Numbered from the stretch's first letter, positions 36,763-51,700 are shown. The stretch is DNA of 64,000 nt from Deltaproteobacteria bacterium (GCA_028817435.1 JAPPPQ010000048.1:679-64678); one strand, 5' to 3'. Translations and numbers: made by a program. Notes: generated by a model not told the origin, from the sequence alone.

Positions 36763-39700
36763 TCAGAAGGGGAGTTCGATGTTGAGGCGGAGTTGGTGGT
36801 TGGGGGTGGAGGCGTTTTCGGTGGCGCCTTCGAGGCGGATTTTGAGGCCGCGCGGGGATTGGAAGCGCAGGCCGGTGGCGTAGCGGCGCTGCGCGCCCAG
36901 AGAGAAGGCGGCGTAGGGGGTGAGCAGGCCGGGGCGGCCGAAGGGGTGCAGCGCTGCGCCGTAGGCGAGCTCGCCGGAGAGGCTGTGCTGTCCGGCAGCG
37001 TTCAGGCTGCTGCCGACCGGTGTGGAATGCGGGGTTGTGGCGGGCCAGCCGGATTGCAGGGCGGTCTGCGCCAGGGCGGATTGCAGGGCGAAGGTGAAGC
37101 CGCGGGCATCGGCGCCGCGGTCGTAGCCCATATCCAGAGAGAAGCGCACCTCTTCATGGCCGGTGTCGTTCACCTGGCTTGCGCCTTCCAGGCGCAAATC
37201 CAGGCCGCGCGAGGGCCAGGTGAGCACCACGCCGCCGCCCAGATCGAAGGCAATCTCGCGGCTGCGCGTTGCGTCCCGGATCACATCGTCGCCGCGGTCC
37301 ATATGCACCTCGGCGCTGGCAAAGGGGCGCAGGCGCAGATCGCCGCCCAGGGCAAGCAGGCTGCTGACTTCCGCCTCTCCTCCCAGACGCAGACTGCGCG
37401 TGCGCTGCTTCGGCAACGGCGTGCCGCCCACCGCCGTGCCCGTTGTAATGTCCGCAAAGCGCGTGCTTTCCAGTTCGCTGTGCACCCGCGTGGCCGAAAC
37501 GCGCAGCGCCAGATCCACAAAGGGGCCCAGCGGCACATTGCCGGAAGCGCCGCCCGAGGCCATCCACATACTGCTGCCGCCCTCGGCGCGGCGGAGAGTT
37601 TCAGCGCCCACTGTGTTTTCGCGCTCTTCAATGGTGGTATCGCCGGTTCCCCAGCCCAGCACCATCCAGGTCTGCAGCTCCGGCGTCAGCCACCAGCCAA
37701 AGTAGGGATGCACGCTCCACCGCTGGTTCTCAATGTTGCCGCGCATGGCCACATCGCTCGCGTCGCCGGCGGCGGCCGATTCGCTGAACTCGATATCGCC
37801 GCCGGAGTAGCCCAGCGCCACGCCCGCCATCAGGCTGTCGCCCAGCATGCTTTCCATGCCGAGGAAGCCCGCGTAGTTGTCGCCCTCGTAAGAAAGCGTG
37901 CGCTCGCCGCGCAACGGCGCGCCCTCCAACTGCGTGGCGCCGCCCGCGCCCCAGATCACAACTCCCGTAATGCCCGTCCAGTTCGGCGCAATCCCCTCGC
38001 TGCGGGCGTTGAAGCTGCTGCCGTTCAGCAGCTCCGCCAGGCTCGGAAGCTCGCTGCCCTGCCAGCGATTCGCGTGTTGCGAAAGCCCCGCGCCCAGTCC
38101 GCCGAATGCCGCCGCGCCGGACGCACCGGGAATGCCCGCGCCGCCACCAACTGCAGCGCCACCAACTGCAGCGCCGCCGAGTCCGCTGTCCGCACCACCG
38201 CGTCCCGCCGCGCCGTAGAGCGCGAGTCCAATTCCCTCCGCCGCTGCGCCGCCCGCGTCCTTTGCATCCTCGCGCGCGCCAGCCGCGCCGCCGCGCAGCA
38301 GTTCGCGGCCCGCCAGGCTGAGCGATCCCCAGGGCGGCGGGCCGGGCGAGCGCCCCATGCGCGCAGAGATCACATCGGTGGCGAGTTGTGCGCTGCTGCG
38401 GTCCAGCACGCCCAGCAGCGTGCGAAGGCGCGCGCCGCGGCGCTGCGCCAGTTCACTGCTCTGCCGCGCGGGAATGGTGAATTCGGCGGGCTGCGTATCC
38501 ACCGCAACCGCCATGTTCAGGTTGCCGCGCGCGCGCATCAGCGTCACCTGGAAGCGCTCCGGTTGATCCACCGGATCCGCCGCGTTGGAATCGCCATCCG
38601 CGCGGACGCGAATCCGGAAGCTGTGCGTGCTGCCGGGGACGGCGCCACTGGCAAACTCAAAGCTGCCACTCGGGAAGCTCATCAGCGCCGCGCCGTCTTC
38701 GCCGGCAAAATCCTCGCTCTCGGCCCGCAGCACACCGCTCACACTTACCTGCCAGGCCACCCGCAGGGCAGTATCCAGGCTTCGGCCGCCATTCAGCGTG
38801 GCGGTGAGAACGAGCGTGCTGCCCTCGAAAACCTGCCCGCCATTCGGCGTCAACTCCAGCGTCCAATCGGCAATTTGCGTGACGATGGGCGCGGGATCGG
38901 GACGCGGCACCATCGGGCTCTCCCCCGGCGGCAGCGGATCGCCATCCCGATCCACGGCCTCGGCGTCGTCCAGGTTCACCATCAATTCCACAATATCGTC
39001 GTCGGCGACATCCGCAGTCGCCGACATCGGCACGCGAATCTCGCCATCGGTCGCGCCGCTCTCCAGAGTAACATCGTCCTGCATCGAAGTGCCGGCGATG
39101 GTCCAGGTGTAGGACACCCGCACCCGCGTGGTGGAGACGATGGGAATGCAGCCTCCGGCCGAACTCGCCGAGTCGTCGGCGCAGCCGAAGCTCACGCGAT
39201 ACACCGCCTCGCCGCCATCCACCAGCGCCGAAGATTCCCGGACAATGCTCGCCATGATGGGATCGCTCGGCATAATTTCCGCCGATGCGCGGCGCGCCAC
39301 CACCTGCGTGGCGGGAATCCCGCCGCTGCCACCGCCCCCCGCCGTTTCGGGAACGGGGCCCAGTTCCAGGCGCAGACTCTCGCGGCCCTCGTTCAGCGGA
39401 TCTTGCAGAGTCGGAACTGTGACGCTCTGCGAATTGAGCGAGCCCGCCGGAAAGATCAGCGTGCCGGAGAGCGGCCCGCCTACTGCGCCGCTGCTCACCG
39501 AGGGCATGCCGATATCCGGATCGTCGGGATGCGCGCCGCCGTGATTGCGGCCAATCTCCCGGGCGAGTCCCGATTGCTGCGGGCCACTGGCGCTGCCCGG
39601 CACCAGAGTCCAGGGGACGCTGAATTCCTGCTCGGGCGCCATGCCCTCCAGCTCTACTTCAAAGACAATGTTCGCGCTCTCCTGAACGGGCGCGGGCGTA

Positions 39701-42700
39701 GCAACTGCCAGGGTGCGCAGCGCATTCACATTCACAATGTCCACGGCAGCCGAGCGGTTCGCCGCCGCGGCCAGCGCCACCGTGCCGCCGCCCGCCGCCG
39801 CGGTGGGCGCTTGCAAACTCAGCGTCAACTGCTCGTCCGTCGTGCCCTCGTCCAGATTGTCAAAGAGCGCCTGGATGCGGAGCTGCGCGCTGGTCTGTCC
39901 GGCGGCAATAACCAATTGCTGCGGGCCGAGCATGCCCGCGGCATTTGCCAAAACAGCATTGCCCGTGCGCGGAGAGCAGGAATCGCTCGCAGCGGGGAGG
40001 AAGCAGAAATCGGGAAGCGCATCCGTGTTGGGTTCACCGGCGGCGTTTTGCTGCGCTGCAATTTGCGCGCTCCACGGAATCATCACCGCAGCGGCGGAGC
40101 CCGCGCTTGCGCCGCTCAGCGTCACCGTAAACACGGCAATTTGCCCCTCGCGCAGCGAGGCGGGATTGGGCGCGGCAATGCCGACGGTGAGCGGATCGCT
40201 GGAGGCGAGCTGCAGCGCGGCGCTGGCCTGGCCCGGCGTGCGGGAAACCATCACCGGCCCCGCGCTGCCCGGCCGCTCGCTCGCCGGCCGCGGGGGCGCT
40301 TCATCCAGCAGCGCCAGCGTGAACATCTCCGCCGCTTCGTTCAGGTTGTCCGCCACTGCGCTGAGCGTAATGGTAATTTCGGTGGGGTTTGCGGTCTGCG
40401 CAATGGTGAGGGTGCCGCCCAGTGTTCCCGATACGCGCCCGGCGTTGGCGCTGAGGGAAAGATCTGCGGCCGTAACCGCCCCCGCAACCGCCCCGGTAAT
40501 GCGCCAGGGAAGGCTGACATCGGCGCTGAGCTCTGCGCCGCTCAGCGATACGCGCAACATCGCCGATTCTGCGCCGCCCGTGCCGCCCTCTACCAAATCG
40601 CCACTGCCAATGCGCGACAACACCGCCGTGAGCGGATCGCTGGGCATCAGCGTCACCGTGGCCGTGGCGGTTCCCACGGCGCTCTGGTGATTGCTGCCCC
40701 CGGTGGCACTGAGCAGGCGCAGCACCAGCGTCTCCGCGCCCTCGTTCAGCCCGTCGTTTGTGATGGGAATGGAAATTTGCGCGATCGTCCCTGCCGCTGC
40801 AATGGAGAGCATTCCACTGGCCCCGGTGTAGGGCGCGGTGTAATCCACCGCAGCGGCCGTGCTGCTGCTGTCAATCTGGTAGGTGATGGTAATGTTCCGG
40901 GTGCGCGGCGTTGCGTCCACCACCGACAGATTGAATATGGCGTTGGCGTCCGGCGCTTCCGCCACCTGTGCAGCCGCAGCGCTGATGTTGACGATGTGCG
41001 CAGCGGCGGCGTTGGCGGGGATCACCACCTGGGCCATGCCATTTGCACCGACGCGCGCCGCGCCCGCGCTCGTCGGAGTTCCGAGAGTCACGCGCAGCGT
41101 CTCGGCTGCTTCCGCCGTGCCGTCGGGCCGAATCTCCAGGGTGATGCGCCCCGTGGATGCGCCGGCCGCAATGCGCAGCATTCCCATGCAGGGCGCATTG
41201 GCGGCGCGGGGCGTGGTGTCGGTGTAATCGCTCACAGAAATGCCATTGCCGCCAATGGTGTAGGGAACGCAGAGCGCCGCACTGCTGACGGGATCCGCGC
41301 CGCCCGACGGAATGCTCACCTCGAAGACCGCGCTCTGCCCCTCGCGCACCTCAGTTCCCGAGATGCGCGCAATGCTCAGCACCAATGCATCTGCGGCGTC
41401 ATCGGTAATCATCGCCGTGGCGCGCTGCGCGGCCGCCGTGGCAATCCGCGTCACTGCGCCTGCTTCCGCGCCCGTTGAGAAGCTGCCATGGGTTTCGGGA
41501 AGCAGCGCAATGACGATGGACTCGGGCGCCTCGTTCCGCCTGTCGTTGTGAACCTCAATGGCGATGGTTCCACTGAGCTGCCCGGCGGCGATGCGCACCG
41601 AGAGCGGCGTGGGGGTGGTGAAGTCGCGGACGACATCGCCGGCAACGCCGCCCCGTGCAGTGCCGCCGGTCTGCGTCGAGGAATCCACTTCGAAGGGAAT
41701 CACAACCTCGCCCTCCGACCTGCCGGTGAGCAAAACGCTGAAATCCAGCGTCCGGGCCGCGCCCTGCGACATTGCGCCTTCTGTGAAAGCACCGGCGGGG
41801 CCGGTAATGCTGTAGGTGATCGGGTCGCTGGCGGAGATGGTCGCCGTGGCGGACGCCTGTGCCGTGCCGCGGATGCCGACGCCTCCCGTGCCTCCTCCCA
41901 TTGGATTTGAGAGCGTGAAGATGAGAGTCTCCGCGGCTTCATTCAACCCATCCGCGCGAATGGGGCAGCTCATAGGCTGCGTTCCCACAGCGGTGAACGA
42001 GAATGTCCCTGAGGTGCAGCCGTGGTCCGCGGTCTCCGAAGTGCCGCTCGCGCTCCAGTCCACGGTGACCGGCATTCCGTCTTCGGGAGCGGCGCCTTCC
42101 AGCTTCACATTGAATTGCGCCGCTTCGCCCTCTGCCACATTCGCAGTGCGCGCGGTGCTGTCTTGTGCGCCGATGGTGACGGAGAGGAAGCGCGTGAACG
42201 CCGCATTTGCGGGAATCGTCGCGCTGGCCTGGCTGGCGCCCAGAGAAACGGCGCCTGCGCCGCTGCCCGGAACCGGTGTTCCCAGCGTAACGGTGAAGGT
42301 CTCCGCGCCCTCTGCCAAACCGTCCTGCTGCAGCGGAATGCGGATCATCGCCGACACCGTGCCCGCGGCAATTGTAATCCTCTGTCCGCTGAGCCCGCCG
42401 CCCGCCGCGCCGCCTTCAATGTCGGGATTGGCGCCGGTGTTCGGGGCGTTGGTGGCGTCGGTGTTGGCCTGCGTGAAATCGGCCACGCTGTAGGGCAGCA
42501 TAATCGCAGCCTCGGAGCCCGCGATCGCGCCGCTCAGGGTCACCGCGAACACTGCATCGCTGCCCTCGCTCACCGAATCGGGAGCGGGAGCAGCGATGGA
42601 GATGGTGATGGGATCGCTGGCACTGATGGTGCTCGGGGGAATCCGCAACATCCCGGTATCCCTGTCGCACAACGCGGTGGCAATAGAGGCCGGCCCCACC

Positions 42701-45700
42701 GTCGTGGGAGCGTCGCACGCAATATTCAGACTCAGGCTCTCCGCCGCCTCGTTCAGGTTGTCCGCCACAGCGCGGATCTCAATTGCTCCCATGCTGCTGC
42801 CCACCGCAATTTCCAGAGTCCCGCCGAGGGTTCCCGCCACCAGCCCGGAGCCGGTCTCGCCGCGCACATCCGCTGCCTCAACACCGCCCAGCGTGTAGTC
42901 CATTGTGAAATTTGTGCTGAGGATGGCTGTGCTATCCATGGGCTGCAGGCGCACGCTGAAGGTCGCGGTTGCTCCCTCATTGAAGTTCGCGGTATCTCTC
43001 GTCACAAGAACCGCCAAGGCATCATTTTCATCAATGGTCGCCGTGGCACTGCGGTCGGCAGCATTTGCGGCCCGGCCGAGATTCCCGGCAGCCGCTCCCG
43101 TAATTGCGCGCAAAGTGAAAATGATGGTCTCATCGCCCTCATTCAGCGTATCCGCCGCAATAGGGAAAGTCACCGTCACGCTGTTATCGCCTTCGGGAAG
43201 AGAAACCTCCCCGCGCATGGTGGAGGCCGTGTATCCGGCGGGCGCGATGTAATCCGTGCCCGCCGCGCTGCCGCTGATGGTGTAGGCAATCGTGGCGGTT
43301 CCGCTGCGCGCGGCTGCGCTGCCCGAATCCTGCGTGACGCTCAGCGTGAACACAGCTTTGTCCGTAGAGGTGGTCCTCACCCGCGGCTCGGTCAGCACCC
43401 CGGATGGGACGCTCACCGAAACCGTATAGGCAAACTGCGCATTTGCAGGAATTGTGACCTCCTGATTGATGAGATGGGTGTCTGACGGCGTGCTCGTGGG
43501 ATCAGAGGTCCCTCCCAGGTGGACCACGCCTGCGCTGCTGGCCGCGGTGATTGTCACGCCCAGTCCTTCCGCCATCTCCTGTCTGCTGTCGGAGAGAATG
43601 GCGAGACGGATTGGCATCGTCTGGGCATTTGCGGGAATGGTGAGAGTGCCGCCGCTCGCCGTCTTCGTCGCCCCGACTGTATCATCCCGGTAATCGGCGG
43701 AGCTGGCGCGGCTGGTTCCCGAGCCCGCGATGGCGTAGGTAACCTGCACGGGGGCACTGCGCGTGATGACATCGGGCGTCGAATAAACGGTCACATTGAA
43801 GACCGCAGAATCTCCTTCCTTCACTGAGGATGGGACAATTACAAGACTGACACGGATCTCATCATTATCGGTAATCGTCGCCGTGGCGCTCTGCATTGCG
43901 GTGGTGGTGGTGCGGGTGACCTCTCCCGCCTCTGCGCCCAGAGTCGGAGTCATCCCCAAGGAGACGATGATCGTCTCGGCCGCCTCATTCACAGTGTCGT
44001 TGTGAATGGCGATTGACAGATTTTCGCTGGTAGCGCCCGCGGCCACGGTCACCGTCAGCGGCGAGGGGGTGGTGCAGTCGCGGGTCATATCGCTGGCGGC
44101 GGCGCACTGCGCCGTGCCGCTCAGCGTGAAGGGAATCGTCACAGCGCCCTCCGAGGCCCCGCTCAGCGCAAAGACAAAGGTGGCGTTGCCGCCGTTTTCC
44201 GCCACATTGCCGCCGCCCGAAATGCTGTAGGTAATGGCGTCGTCGTCGTTGATGGTCAGTTCCACCGCATCGCCAATATCGGTTTGGCTGTCCGGGGCGC
44301 TGAGGTTGATGCTGAAGTTCTCATTGGCCTCGTTCAGGTTGTCGCCGACAATGGTGATATCAAAGAAGGCCTGCGCCGTGCTGCCCCCAGGGATGGTGAC
44401 GGTTCCCGTTGTGGCGGCGAAATCCCCCGCCTCGGTGGGGTTGGTGGCGCCGGGGGTGATGGTCCAGGTGACATCGGTGTTGCCGGAAAAGGCCACGCCC
44501 GCGCCAAATTCCACATAGAAGGTGCGCATGGTGTTCGAATTGCCCTCTGCATACGGCCCGGCCACGGCGGGGCGCAGCGTAAGCGTCCGCTCGTTGCTGC
44601 GGGTAATGACTTCGGCGGTGGCGCTCTGCTCGCCGGGCGTGTTGCTGCGGGCAATGACGCCGGCGGCCATGTAGCCGCTGGTGGCCAGCGTCACCGTCAA
44701 ATTTTCACTCTGCGTATCGGCGTCCTCGGCCAGAGAGATGCGGATGGTTCCGCTCGTGCTGCCGGCCGCAATCATGAGCCTGCCGCCGCCGGAATCGGTG
44801 TAATCGGCGGCCTGCACATTGCCCGGGCCGGTGTCAATGGCATAGGGAACCGTCACCTGCGACGCGCTGGCCTTCGACAAAGTAACGAGGAAGGTCGCCT
44901 CGCCGCCTTCTTCCACCTGGTGGCCCGCGGCGGTGGCGGCGGCATCCGTGCCGGATACGGCAATGCTGACGCTGATGGGGTCGCCGTCGGTGATCGGCAC
45001 ACTGACGGTGTTGCCGCTGCTGGTGTATTCCACGCCGCCGGCGCCAGCGCCGGTGAGACGCAGGCCGCTGGCACTGGCCGCCGCGCCGGTGACGCTGAGC
45101 GACTCGGTGGCTTCGTTCAGCATATCGTCGGTAATGTTCACGGTGATGGCGCCGGTGGTGCTGCCGTGGGCGATGGTGATGCTGTGGCCAGTGGCGGTGG
45201 TGGCCGGGGCGGGCGCAGGGGCGGTGATGTCGTAATCGCCGGCGGTGATGCCAGTGCCGCTGATGGTAAACGGCACCACAGTGCTGACGCCGCTGGCGCG
45301 GCCGCCGCCGGCCAAGGTGACGGTGAAATTCAGTGCGCCGCTGTCCTCGTTCACCGCGCCGCTGCCGCTGGCGCGGGTGATGGCCACGGTGACCGGGTCG
45401 TCGTCCGCAATGGTGGTGGATGCCGCCGCGCCGTAATCGGTGCCGCCATCGGTATTGGGATTGGCGATGCTCACCTGGACGGTGAAGGTTTCCCCGGCTT
45501 CGTTCAGATCGTCGCCGGCCGCGCGGATATTGAAATTTTTGGTGGAGTTGTTGCCGTCGCTGGTGGCGAAAGTCACCGATCCGCTGCGGTCGGTGGCGGC
45601 GACAAAGTCGGCGTCGGTGGTGCTGCCATGGGTCAGCGTCCAGGTGACGGTGGTGGAAGCCGCGGTGAAAGCCGTGCCGGTGAGGGTGACGGTGTATGCG

Positions 45701-48700
45701 CCGCTTGCGCCGTTGGTGGCATCATCGTTTTCGTTGATGGTGGCCGGGCCGGTGACGCTGAGGGTGCGGGCGGCCTCCACGAAGTTCACCGCTACCTGTG
45801 CGCTCTGATCGGCGGGCGTGCTGCTGCGCGCCACATTGCCCCCGCCGCTGGCGGCGGTGGGGCCTTCGTCCATGCTGGGGGTGGTGGCGTCGTCGCCGGC
45901 AAGGGTGACGGTCACAGTCTGGTCGTCGTCACCCGCGCCCAATGTCGCGCTGATCGGCATTTGCAGGGTAATTGTGCCGCTGGTCTGGCCGGCGGCAATG
46001 CGCAAACTGCCGCTGCCGCTATCTGTGGGCGTGTAGCTGCCGCTGGGGGTCACTGCATAGGGCACGGTGATTTCCGCCGCCGAGCCGGCGCTTGCGCCTG
46101 CCAGGGTGACGGTGAATTCGGCCGACTGGCCTTCGGCCACGGTGGACATGGTGCTTCTGGCGCGGGCAATGCTCACAGTAATGGGATCGCTTTCGGCAAT
46201 GGTGAAGGTTTGCGTGCCGCCGCTGGCCACGCTGGCCGCGCCGTGCGCGCCGCTGATGCCGGCGGCGGTGATGGCGACGGTGAAGGTCTCGGCGGATTCG
46301 TTCCGGTTGTCCGCGCCAATGCCCACGGTGATGCTGCCGGTAGCCACGCCGCCGGCAGCGGTGATGGTAATGCTGCCGCCGCTGGTATCGGTGAGATCTG
46401 CGCCCATGCCGCTGGGGGTGGCGTCTACATCGGTAGTGGCAGAGGTGTTGCCGAGGGTGTAAGCGACGGTCACATCGCGGCTGGGAATTGCGCCGAGGTC
46501 GACATTGAGCACGGCGTTGCCGCCCTCGCTGACGGCGGTGGTGGTGGTAACCCCGACGGCGATGGGATCGTCATCGCTGATGGTGGTGGATGCCGCCGCG
46601 CCGTAATCGGTGCCGCCGTCGGCGTCGGGGTCGGTAATGCTGACCTGGACGGTAAAGGCTTCCCCGGCTTCATTCAGGTTGTCGCCGGCCGCGCGGATAT
46701 TGAAGTTTTTTGCGGAGGTGTCGCCGTCGCTGCTGGAGAAAGTCACCGAGCCGCTGCGGTCGGAGGCGGCGACAAAGTCGGCGTCGGCGGTGCCGACATG
46801 AGTCAGCGTCCAGGTGACGGTGGTGGAAGCCGCGGTGAAAGCCATGCCGGTAAGGGTGACGGTGTATGCGCCGCTTGCGCCGTCGGTCGCATCATCGTTT
46901 TCGTTGATGGTGGCCGGGCCGGTGACGCTGAGGGTGCGGGCGGCCTCCACGAAGTTCACCGCTACCTGTGCGCTCTGATCGGCGGGCGTGCTGCTGCGCG
47001 CCACATTGCCCCCGCCGCTGGCGGCGGTGGGGCCTTCGTCCATGCTGGGGGTGGTGGCGTCGTCGACGGCAAGGGTGACGGTCACGGTCTGGTCATCGCT
47101 GGTGGCGCCCAATGTCGCGCTGAGCGGCATTTGCAGGGTAATTGTGCCGCTGGTCTGGCGGGCGCTGATGGTCAAACTGCCGCCGCCGCTATCCGTGGGC
47201 GCATAGCCCGTGCCGCTGATCGCCACCATATAAGGCACGGTGATGTCCGCCACCGAGCCGCCGCTTGCGCCGCTCAGGGTGACGGTGAAATTGGCGGACT
47301 GGCCTTCGTCAACGGTGGCCTGGGTGACGCTGGCCCGGGCAATGCTCACAGTGATGTCGTTGCCATCGGTAATGGTGAAGGTCTGCGGCGAGCCCGCCGC
47401 GCCGGCCGTGCCCGTGCTGCTCACCGTGCCGGCGTTGACCAGGAACACCTCCGGGGCTTCATTGATTGCATCCGCCACGGCGGCAATGTTGAAGCTGTGC
47501 GGCGCAGTATCTGTGGTGGCGATGGTGAAAGAGCCGCCGCCGCCATCCGTAATGTCCATGGCGGTATCGGCGTCCACCGTGCCGTTGTTGGCATCTGCGC
47601 CGAGGGTGTAGCGCAGCACCACAGCAGCGGTGGGCGTGCCGCCGCTCAGGGTGACGGTGACCACGGCGTTGCTGCCCTCTGCCACACTGCCGCCGCCGGA
47701 AAGCGTCGCCGTAATGGAGTCGTCATCTGCGATGGTGGTGGATGCCGCCGCGCCGTAATCGGTGCCGCCATCGGCGTCGGGGTCGGTAATGCTGATCTGG
47801 ACGGTAAAGGCTTCCCCGGCTTCGTTCAGGTTGTCGCCGGCCGCGCGGATATTGAAGTTTTTGGTGGAGTTGTTGCCGTCGCTGCTGGAGAAAGTCACCG
47901 AGCCGCTGCGGTCGGAGGCGGCGACAAAGTCGGCGTCGGCGGTGCCGACATGAGTCAGCGTCCAGGTGACGGTGGTGGAAGCCGCGGTGAAAGCCATGCC
48001 GGTAAGGGTGACGGTGTATGCGCCGCTTGCGCCGCCGGTCGCATCATCGTTTTCGTTGATGGTGGCCGGGCCGGTAACGCTGAGGGTGCGGGCGGCATCC
48101 ACGAAGTTCACCATCACTTCGGCGCTTTGCGCAGCTGGAACGCTGCTGCGCGCCACATTGCCCCCGCCGCTGGCGGCGGTGGGGCCTTCGTCGTTGTCCA
48201 TGGTGGCCGGTTCGTCGCCGGTAAGGGTGACAGTCACAGTCTGGTCGTCGTCGCCCGCGCCCAATGTCGCGCTGAGCGGCATTTGCAGGGTAATTGTGCC
48301 GCTGGTCTGGCCGGCGGCAATCCGCAAACTGCCGTTGCCGGCATCCGTGGGCGTATAACCCGTGCCGCTGGTCTCCACCTTATAGGGCACGGTGATTTCC
48401 GCCGCAGAGCCGCTGCTTGGGCCGGCGAGGGTGACGGTGAAGCGCGCCGGCTGGCCTTCATCCACCGTGGCCGGCTCGCCGCTGGCCTGGTCAATGCTCA
48501 CGCTGATGTCGTCGCCATCGGTAATGGTGAAGGTGCGCGGCGAACCCCTTGCGCTGGCCGTGCCCGCGCTGCTCACCGCATCAATGGTAACGAGGAACAC
48601 CTCCGGGGCTTCATTGAGCGCATCGTCCACGGCGGCAATATTGAAAGTGTGCGGCGGGGTGGTCAAATCTGCCAGGGCGATGGTAAAGGCGCCGTTGCCG

Positions 48701-51700
48701 CTGTCCGTCAGGTCGGTGGCGGCGTCGGCGTCCACCGTGCCGTTGTTGGCATCTGCGCCGAGGGTGTAGCTCAGCACCACGGCGGCGGTGGGCGTGCCGC
48801 CGCTCAGGGCGACGGTGATGGCGGCATTTGCGCCCTCTGCCACATTGCCGCCGCCGGAGACCGTCGCCACAATTTCATCTGCGGTGTCGTCCGTAATGGT
48901 GGTGGTCACCGGATCGCCCAGGGTCCAGGCGCCGCTCCGCGCGCTGATGGAAACGGTGAAAGTCTCTGTGCCCTCATTCAGCGCATCGCCCATGGCGGTA
49001 ATGCTGAAGGTCTCGCTCGAATCGCTGCCGCTGAAAGTCACGCTGCCCGCCGCGGCGCTCAGGTCGGCTGCTTCCGTGGGGTTCAGCGGATTATCCTGGG
49101 TGGAAACGGCGGGCGCTGCATTCCAGGTGATTTCAAGCATTGTGCCCGGCGGAAGGGACGGCCCCGTCCGGGTGATGGTGAACTGCGCCGCGCTGCCCTC
49201 GTTTACATTGCTCGGATCCACACCGCCCGGCCCCGAAAGCGCAAAGTTGCGGGTAACGGCCGTGCTCGAAGCAATGCGGGCGCTGGCGCTGCGGTTTGCG
49301 GGCGCAGCATCCAGCGAAACCGGGCCGGCATTCGCCCCCGGCGCGGGCGCAGACAAGTTCACGCTGAATTGCTCCGCCATCTCCGCCCGCCCGTCTTCCA
49401 CGGCGGTAATCACCAGGTCGGCCGTGGTCATTCCGGCCGCAATGCTTCCCATGCCTGCAATGCCGCCCGCCATGGTGGCCGTTGCGCCGGGTGCGCTCAG
49501 GTCCGGATTGGCCGCATTGTTCGCCGGGCCGGTGTTCTGCTGCATATCCACCGCTGCGCTGAAATCAAAATTCACCGGCCCCTCGGAGGCAGCGCTCAGG
49601 GTGACGCGGAAAGTCGCCGCGCTTCCCTCGGTAATTTCCGTGCTCAGCATGGCCGGGCTGGTGCGGGCCATGCGCAGAGTTGCGGGATCGCTGGGGCGAA
49701 TCTCAACCGCAGCGCTGTCTTCCGCCAGGGCCGTGCCGCCGCTCCCTCCCCCCGATGCATTGCTGAGCCGCAGGGTAATGGACTCCGCTCCTTCGTTCAG
49801 CGCGTCGTCGGCGATCATGACGGCGCGGGTCTGCGCGGTCTGCCAGTTGGACGGCGTGAAGGTGAGCGTTCCCGAGGCCATATTGCCGCCGGTAACCATA
49901 TAGTCCGTGCTCTCCGCTCCGGTAATGGCGTAGTTGACGGTGACATTTGCGGTGGGCGCGGGCATTCCCGCTACTGCGCCCACGAGGGAGATGCGAAAGG
50001 TAACGGTATCTCCCTCATCCACCTGCACACCGTCGGCGCTGGTGTCTCGATCCGTCGTCGATTCCAACTGGACGGTGACGCTGCGCGGAGTGGCTGAGCT
50101 TCGCTGAATCGCGGCTTGCACAGAGACCGTGCCGCGCGTCACATCGCCGCCGCCCATGCTGACCGTCTCCCCGGTGACCGCCACATTGAAGAGCTCATTG
50201 AAATTTCCAAATTGAAGCTCCGGCAAGCCATCCACGGCCGGGGTAAGGGTGAATTGCCGGCTGACAGTGCCCGCCAGAATGGTGACCGTGCCGCGCGCGT
50301 TCAAGGGGCCATTCAAAGTGACGCCGCCTGCAGTGGTGAATTCAGGATTGGAATTGGTATGGCGTTCAGTGAAGCGATTTTGATTCCAGTGCGCCACCCT
50401 GTTCGTCGCCCAGTTCACCGAAATGTCCGCCGCGCTGGGAACGCTCAGTGTCACCCGGAAAATCGCCGCCTGCCCTTCCCGGATTCCCCCGGAGCTGAAA
50501 TCCCCACCGCCCCGAATCACGGCGAGATTCAGCGTTGCCGGATCACTCTTCGCAATTACCGCGCTGGCCGTCGCCGTGCCGAGGCTGGGCGCGAGGCCGC
50601 CACCGCCGCTGGGGGTCTGCAGGGTGAGCTGCAGCGTCTCCGCCGCCTCGTTCAGATTATCGCTGAGCGCGCGGATGGTAATGTCGCCCATGGCAACGCC
50701 GCTGCCGATATTGAGCGTCCCGCCGGAGGGCGACTCAATCTCGTAATCGGCGGCAGTAATTCCCATGCCGCTCACAGAAAAGGGCACGGACACCGCCGCC
50801 AACGACACACCGCCGGAAATGCTGACGCGGAACACCGCCGCGCCGGAATCATCCGCCGCGCCTTCCACCAGATCGCCGCTGTCCATGCGCGCAACGGAAA
50901 CGCTCAGCGGATCGCTGGCGCTGATGGTGGCCGTATCCGATCCCGATGCGCTCACCGCGCCGCCGCCCGCGCCGGCCGTGACCGAGTCGAGGGTGAGAGT
51001 CAGGGTTTCGGCCGCCTCGGGATCCGCATCATCCGTAATGCCGAGAGAAAGACTCACCTCTCCCGCCGGGTCGGCCTCTACCGCCGTGCGGGTAATGGTG
51101 AAAGTGCTGGAAAGCGAATTGTGGGCGTCAATATCTGCGGCGGCAATGCCCGTGCCGCTCAGCGTGTAGCTCAGGGTCAAATCGGCAGAGGGCACGCCGC
51201 CGGCAATGGTCAGGGTGAACACTGCATCGCTGCCTTCGGCCACGGCGGCATCCGGCCCTTCCACGCTGATGCTCAGATTATCGTTATCCGAGATGGTGAG
51301 CGCCGCGTTGGCCCGGGTTGCGGAGAACATTCCGCCGCCTGCGCCGGTGGTGGGCGCGCCGAGTTCAATGCGGACAATCTCGGCCGCCTCGCTCAGCGAA
51401 TCGCCGGCGATGGTGAGGGTGATGTCCTGCGACAGCACCGCGGCAGAATCCTGCGTGGCGGCGGCGAAGACGAGCGCCGAGGGGCTGATGCTGTAATCGT
51501 CCACCGCAGTGGCCGTGCTCGAAGAGGCCACCGATACCGGAATGCGCACCGCGCCGCCGGCACTGCCCGCGCTCGCGCCGCTCAGGGTCACGCTGAAGGT
51601 GATCGTTGCGCCGTTGGTCTCGGCGCTGCTCTGGTCTGCGCCAATGGCGTAGCTGATGGTATTGCTGGCTGTGATGTCCACCGAGGCGGTGGCCGTGGCA

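Noticed and set aside
44284-50097. Very long plus-strand ORFs (1937 aa, plus 36793..41478 at 1561 aa and 50116..54660 at 1514 aa) opposite the giant gene.
   Set aside because: They are Gly/Ala/Arg-rich nonsense translations. The minus-strand frame carries recognisable Calx-beta and beta-barrel motifs, and it runs continuously across all three.
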